Assembly (NCBI GenBank): GCA_963676915.2
Contig: CAXXVK010000018.1
Span: forward strand, 1-12,405
DNA from: Myxococcota bacterium
Lineage (GTDB): Bacteria > Myxococcota_A > SURF-8 > G963663525
Reading direction: 5' to 3'
Length of the DNA stretch: 12,405 nt
Each line of letters begins with the position of its first letter. The first letter of the stretch is position 1. The notes beneath the pieces were generated by a model. That model did no database searches. It had not been told where the DNA came from and worked only from the letters and a program-made list of their open reading frames with translations. A program made the position numbers and the translations under genes. Below, in pieces: positions 7,837-12,405 of the stretch.

Positions 7837-8889
7837 TTATTTGAAAGCCACGTATTCGTACAGGGCATAGCTGAACGTTGCGAGGATCATATTACGCACC
7901 TGCCACTCGTTGAGCTGCGACGGTTCACGAATGGCGGAAAACTCGTAGGCCAGCGACATCCACTCGGCAAAGCGGAAATCCACCCGGAGCGAAAGATCCA
8001 CGTTCATTTTTTCGATTCCCTCGACATCTGCCGCCTCTTCGCTTTCGTAAAACGGCATCATCAGTTCGGAACGAGCCATGTAGCCGATTTTCTTGTCCAG
8101 CAGATCGCCCCAGACTTTGATAATGTTTTCACCACCGACCTGGTACAGATTCTTCAGAATCGCCACATCCACCTCGGGGGTATCGTCGCTGTCCTTTACG
8201 ATGCGCACGCCGTCGCTGAAATTCTGCCACGATCCAAGACCCAGCATGATTTCGACGTTGACTTCATCCCTTTCTAAGGGACGGAAAAACGGACCGGCGC
8301 TTTCTTTGAGCACCAGCGGTGAAAACGAATTGGCCAGTTTCAGGTGATCTTTGACCATGGGCAGATGCACTTTGCCGGGTTCGACGATCAGGTACGAGAC
8401 CGGGCTAGCCTGGTAGTCGTAATCGGGAAACAGCGAAGAATTCAGGGCAAAGCGACCATAGACACCAAACCAGTCGTAAATCGAATACAGGTACATGCTT
8501 TCGAGTTTCAATGTATCCGAATCGATGATGAATTCTTCGATGACCGGCGTCCGAGTGATCGACTCGGCGATGCTCAACGTATTGCGCCACTCATGTTTGT
8601 CTTTTTTCATGGTGGCTTCGCTGTCGAGATTCAGGGCAAAGGTCAGGGTGTAGCCATCGGTCTGTCCGATAACGTTTTGACTGTCACTGAACATGAAGCT
8701 CGAACTCGGTTTCAGGCGAAAGTGCCAGCCGTCTTTCATCTTTTTTTCGTCGACTGGTTTGTCCAACGTTTCGGTGAGGTTATCGGTAGGAACAATTTCC
8801 GGCTCCTCAGCCCATGCGACGGAAAGAGCAAACAAAAGAACGAACGACATTCCAACGATCCGGGCAAATCGATTTTCTCGAAACGACAT
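7837..8889 (-). CDS. Probable outer-membrane beta-barrel protein (DUF3078/DUF481-like)
   Basis: Signal peptide ending AWA/EE, then alternating amphipathic strands (HEWRNTLSIAES, DTLKLESMYLY, QVRNMILATFSY). The start is either ATG 8889 (GGGGG upstream) or 8901. The family is tentative. Confidence 0.65.
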   Translation of the reverse strand: MSFRENRFARIVGMSFVLLFALSVAWAEEPEIVPTDNLTETLDKPVDEKKMKDGWHFRLKPSSSFMFSDSQNVIGQTDGYTLTFALNLDSEATMKKDKHEWRNTLSIAESITRTPVIEEFIIDSDTLKLESMYLYSIYDWFGVYGRFALNSSLFPDYDYQASPVSYLIVEPGKVHLPMVKDHLKLANSFSPLVLKESAGPFFRPLERDEVNVEIMLGLGSWQNFSDGVRIVKDSDDTPEVDVAILKNLYQVGGENIIKVWGDLLDKKIGYMARSELMMPFYESEEAADVEGIEKMNVDLSLRVDFRFAEWMSLAYEFSAIREPSQLNEWQVRNMILATFSYALYEYVAFK

Positions 8890-9119
8890 AGCGACCCCCA
8901 TGAAAGTGTGAAATCAGAGCACGAACACATCCCCATAATAAAGAAGAAATACAAGGAATCAAGGTGCAATTTTTCTACAAACTGGAAATTTCGGCACATT
9001 TTCCGATCGAAAAGAACTATTTCGGTAGGAAAATGAAGCAAAAATTTGCAGTTCTTTTTTGGTTTAGAGATATCTGATCGGGGGTAGCCGAACGATTTTT
9101 CTTCACCTTTCCCGAAAAA

Positions 9120-10376
9120 CTATTTTCGGAAAAGATTCAGCAGGAGGCTGTTGTTTTTCAAAGCGGCTTCACGTACCCGGACCAGCGCTTCGGCCTGACG
9201 TTGGCGGATGCTGTCTTTTTCTGCGTGGAGGTTGGCGAAAATCTCCATGAAGCGATCCACGTCCAGCTCTTCGAGGTTGATGGCGTTATCCAGCATCCCG
9301 AACATGTCCATGAATTCGTTGGATTTTTGCTGGTAGGAGATGGAAATCGTCGGCACGGCGGATTTTAAACCGTAGACGATGGAATGCGTTTTGGTACCGA
9401 TGAAAAGGTCGGTCTGGGCAATAACCGCCGCCGTGGTGATCGGGTCGAGATCGCCCTCCAGGATACGCACCGTTCCATCCGTTTTCATGGTGTCGATCAT
9501 CTCCTGGGCGATGGGTCGATCTCCACCCTTGTGCATCGACATTTCCATGGGAATGATCAGAATTTCGGCGTTGTAATCGCTGGTAATGCGATCGAAAATT
9601 CCGGCCATCAGGGAGATGTATTTTTCCCGTGTGAAGTAATGTTTCCAGTAAATGTGATGAATCGTCACACCGACGAGCAGTTTGTCCGTTTTCTTGAGTT
9701 CCACCAGTTCTTTGGCGGTTTCGGGATCGGCGGCTTCCAGGGCGAACACACTTTCGGCGGTCACCTGCACGTTGTCGAGGTCTTGGCATTCGGTGAGCGA
9801 ATTCTTTTCCCGGACGGTGATCAGATCGACCTTTTTGCCGATGAACCGCGTCATCCGGCGGGTCAGCTTGCCGAAAGGTCCGAAAAACGGCCCGATGGTT
9901 TCGGCGTAGATCATGGTTTTTTTGTCGAGCAGATACGCGAACAACAGCCCGTAAAAATGGGAGAAATTCGTAGAAAAACCGTTGAGGTTGGTGAAGAAAT
10001 GCCCGCCGGGGAGCACCACGACCTCGCTGTTGAGATACAGATCGATCGTTTTCTTTTTGAATTCGGGAATTTTCAGATCGACGCCCAGCTTTCGGGCCAA
10101 CAGCCAGACCATCGAATACACGATCCAGCTTCCTTCTTTGAGCGTGTATTTCAGTTTGTTTCGTTTGCCCTTCGCCAGTTTGATATCCCGGAAATTGATG
10201 ATCCATTCCGCCGAAACCAGGCCGTATTCTTCGGTGGCTTTTTCGGGATCGTAGGACGTAACGGCGATGTCGAGGTCGCTCGGATCGGCCTTTTTCAGCG
10301 TGTTTTTCATGGTATGAATCACGCTGGAATCGCCTTTGTTGGCGTTGTAATTCTGAATGATCAGCAGCTTTTTCAT
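9120..10376 (-). CDS. Polysaccharide pyruvyl transferase family protein (WcaK/CsaB-like)
   Basis: N-terminal NKGD, PGGHFF, ETIGPF, ITVREKNS, IGTKTHS (cf. G-x-R-x-H-S) and ISYQQKS motifs. Confidence 0.88.
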   Translation of the reverse strand: MKKLLIIQNYNANKGDSSVIHTMKNTLKKADPSDLDIAVTSYDPEKATEEYGLVSAEWIINFRDIKLAKGKRNKLKYTLKEGSWIVYSMVWLLARKLGVDLKIPEFKKKTIDLYLNSEVVVLPGGHFFTNLNGFSTNFSHFYGLLFAYLLDKKTMIYAETIGPFFGPFGKLTRRMTRFIGKKVDLITVREKNSLTECQDLDNVQVTAESVFALEAADPETAKELVELKKTDKLLVGVTIHHIYWKHYFTREKYISLMAGIFDRITSDYNAEILIIPMEMSMHKGGDRPIAQEMIDTMKTDGTVRILEGDLDPITTAAVIAQTDLFIGTKTHSIVYGLKSAVPTISISYQQKSNEFMDMFGMLDNAINLEELDVDRFMEIFANLHAEKDSIRQRQAEALVRVREAALKNNSLLLNLFRK

Positions 10377-10509
10377 GACAGGCTCATTTCTCCATCAGGT
10401 CGTTCGACAACCACCGAATCCCGTTCTTGGACAAACTTTTCGTCCAAGTTGACCCCGTTTATGTTTTGTAGGTTTCCAACATACCGTAACCGTTGAAAAA
10501 ACGGTACGA

Positions 10510-10538
10510 TTTTTACCACAGGGAACCGAAGGCTTCAA
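10510..10538 (-). promoter_or_regulatory. Possible promoter for the pyruvyltransferase gene
   Basis: Minus strand reads TTGAAG-17 nt (ending TGg)-TAAAAA. Confidence 0.3.
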
Positions 10539-10715
10539 CCCTTTTCATGAATCAGGACTTCCCCCATTTTTTCAAAGCTTGTGCACAATCAAGGGTGTTA
10601 CGGTCTTTGCCCAGAGGGCAATGGCCGTGAGATTCCAATACGTTGCACGGCCATCGATTCTTCGAATCGAAGACCGTGGCACCCGCCTTTTATGGAAAAA
10701 TTCCCCACCCTTTTG

Positions 10716-11625
10716 TTAGGCTTCGGAATCCCGCATCCGGCGAACGGACTGGCCGCAGTTGCTCCCGATTTCGTCTTCCCGACCATCACCGATACTGGAT
10801 GACTACATCGAATCCGGCATTGTTGAGCCGCGTGACGTGCTCGTCGATAGCCTGGCTGTCTTCGGTGCGCAGGATGGTGTCCAGGCCGTTATCATTACCG
10901 GTTTGTGTAGGATTGAGCGGCGTTAGTTTCACGGCGATTTTTTCAGGATCAAAGCGGGAGATCACCGCCTCGGGATCGAAACCCACGTTTCGAGCCAACG
11001 CGAAATTCAGGATGGGCTTGCGGTCGCCTTCTTCGAAAAAGCGATGGCCATAGTCCGCTACCCAGTCCATGTTTTGCAAACGGATCGGCATCAGCCGGGC
11101 GCGTTCTTCGGGATCGGTGGTGTTGAGTGAAAATTGAAGCTGAAAACGTCCCCGGTAATATTTTTCTTTGACCTCGTACAGTCGTTCGAACCAGGCTTCG
11201 CGTCCCATCGGCGCGGTTGTTGGTACGCAGGCCCACAAATGAGACGCCTGCATGAAATCGGGAAGTTTTTCCATGGTTTTCAAGACGTTATCGTTGAACG
11301 AGGGTTCACCCATCCGCGCAAAATGCACTTTTAGTTTCCGGCATTGGGAGGCGAGTCCGGGATGACGGTCCATCACGTATTTTACCTGGGCCAGCAATTC
11401 ATCCACCGAAAGATTGCCGTAATATTGGTGTCCGGCATCGCAAAAACGACACCCCACCGGACAACCGAACTGGGTGGACAGATTGATGATCCATTTTTCT
11501 TCCCGAGGATAGCGGGTGTCGAGACCATCGACGAACTCGATCATACTCTTATCATCCCCTTCACGGGTGCGAGCCACAAAAACCTCGGCCACATCTTCCC
11601 GGCCCGTGCACGACAAAATCTCCAA
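10716..11625 (-). pseudogene. RlmN/Cfr-like radical SAM protein with a frameshift near the 3' end (pseudogene or sequence error)
   Basis: STQFGCPVGCRFCDAG (CxxxCxxC) and ARMGEP motifs. The frame stops at 10786, but SIGDGREDEIGSNCGQSVRRMRDSEA* continues in the adjacent frame to TAA at 10716. The start is uncertain: in-frame TTG 11625, or the out-of-frame ATG 11683 that has a ribosome-binding site. Confidence 0.8.
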
Positions 11626-11686
11626 AATGCCGGTCTCATTTCGACGTGTGGTTTCGACGTTCGTACGGCTTGCAATCGACCATGAC

Positions 11687-12076
11687 TCACTCCTTTTTCT
11701 CCAGAAATTCCAAAGCGTTGCGGGCGGCTCGCTGGCCGTCTCCCATGGCTGTGGCGACAAAGCGGTCCCTGCGGCGGATCAGATCCCCGGCAAGAAACAG
11801 CCCCCCGATGTTTGTGACGATATCGCGAGGGAGCACGTCGGCTCCCGTAAGTTCAACATACAAGTCCGAGCGTGGAACCCGACCGATGGAAAGCATCAGG
11901 TGGTGGAGGTCACAGGTGCGTTTTCCCGTTGGGTTTTCCACCTGAACGTGCAGGCCGTTTTCGGCAGATCGTACGTTCAACAGACGCGTTGCGGTTTCAA
12001 GACGTATTTGAGCCGCCTCGGTTTCCCTGACAAGACGTTCCGGTGCTTTGGGTTGATTTCCCCGCAGCCACACCGT
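11687..12076 (-). CDS. C-terminal part of a TrxB-like NAD(P)/FAD-dependent oxidoreductase (5' part missing)
   Basis: VTVWLRG, LMLSIGRVP and the second FAD motif TNIGGLFLAGD...VATAMGDGQRAA. The GxGxxG motifs are absent. Confidence 0.72.
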   Translation of the reverse strand, partial: TVWLRGNQPKAPERLVRETEAAQIRLETATRLLNVRSAENGLHVQVENPTGKRTCDLHHLMLSIGRVPRSDLYVELTGADVLPRDIVTNIGGLFLAGDLIRRRDRFVATAMGDGQRAARNALEFLEKKE

Positions 12077-12313
12077 CACCTCGTCGAAGCGGCAGAGCGT
12101 GACCTCCGTGGTTTCGATCTCCAGCGCCGGGGTTCCGTCCCAGTTCAGCGCAATGTCGCGCCGCCCGACCTGCGGCATGGCTTCGGGTTCCGCCTCGAAG
12201 ACCCGCAACGCCTCGCAGGTCGCGGTCTTGCGGCCCGAGCGCACGAGGGCCAGCAGCTCGGCACAGAGGCGTGGGCTGTCACCGAAGGTGAAGGTTTGGG
12301 GCGTGTTGGTCAT
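12074..12313 (-). CDS. N-terminal about 80 aa of an ASCH domain protein (3' part missing), high GC
   Basis: FTFGDSP...LLALVRSGRKTATC (GxKxAT ASCH motif), PQVGRRDIALNWDGTP and IETTEV...FDEVT. It lacks the usual downstream A-x-x-E-G-E motif. Confidence 0.78.
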
Positions 12314-12405
12314 GGGAAGGCCCGGGGGTGTCTGATGCGGTCAGCCTGAAAGATCTGCGCCCGAGGTCAAGCGCACCGCAGCGCAGACAGGCGCCTGCCT
12401 GCGGT

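Noticed and set aside
6944-10496. Antisense or off-frame ORFs over mscS, the barrel gene and the pyruvyltransferase (e.g. 6944..7585, 8344..9036, 9286..10206, 9384..10496)
   Set aside because: They overlap well-supported genes and show no domain signatures.
10786-10788. Selenocysteine or readthrough at the radical SAM TGA
   Set aside because: The conserved tail is in another frame, so readthrough would not restore it.
11626-11760. ORF-track start of the radical SAM gene at 11760
   Set aside because: It overlaps the reductase 3' end by 74 nt, and the extension does not look like part of the family.
11687-12313. A genuine evolved ASCH-oxidoreductase fusion protein
   Set aside because: Both domains are truncated through their cores, and codon usage changes sharply at the join. 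Reported as a chimera instead.
1-12405. CRISPR arrays, tRNA/rRNA genes, transposases or integrases
   Set aside because: No regularly spaced repeats, cloverleaf signatures or recombinase motifs were seen on reading either strand.

Overview
Bacterial window, probably from an anaerobic diderm of the Myxococcota/Desulfobacterota type (inferred from a TIGR02266-like PilZ gene, ExbBD, an outer-membrane barrel and a ferredoxin-dependent 2-oxoacid oxidoreductase). Left to right: exbD (partial) and exbB on the minus strand, preceded by a structured intergenic element and a small ORF with a signal-like N-terminus ending in PKQSPP; a divergent DsbD_2/TauE-SafE-like membrane protein; a stand-alone PilZ protein; a five-gene operon (P-loop ATPase, 2x[4Fe-4S] ferredoxin, VOR-type alpha/beta/gamma subunits) closed by a 16-bp hairpin; then on the minus strand mscS, a probable beta-barrel, a WcaK-like pyruvyltransferase, a frameshifted RlmN/Cfr-like radical SAM gene, and a chimeric ORF joining a high-GC ASCH N-terminus to a TrxB-like C-terminus. 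The best leads are a candidate arrest-peptide plus RNA-switch leader upstream of exbBD, the atypical RlmN-like enzyme, and the chimeric junction near 12075. All family assignments come from motif recognition; no database searches were run.
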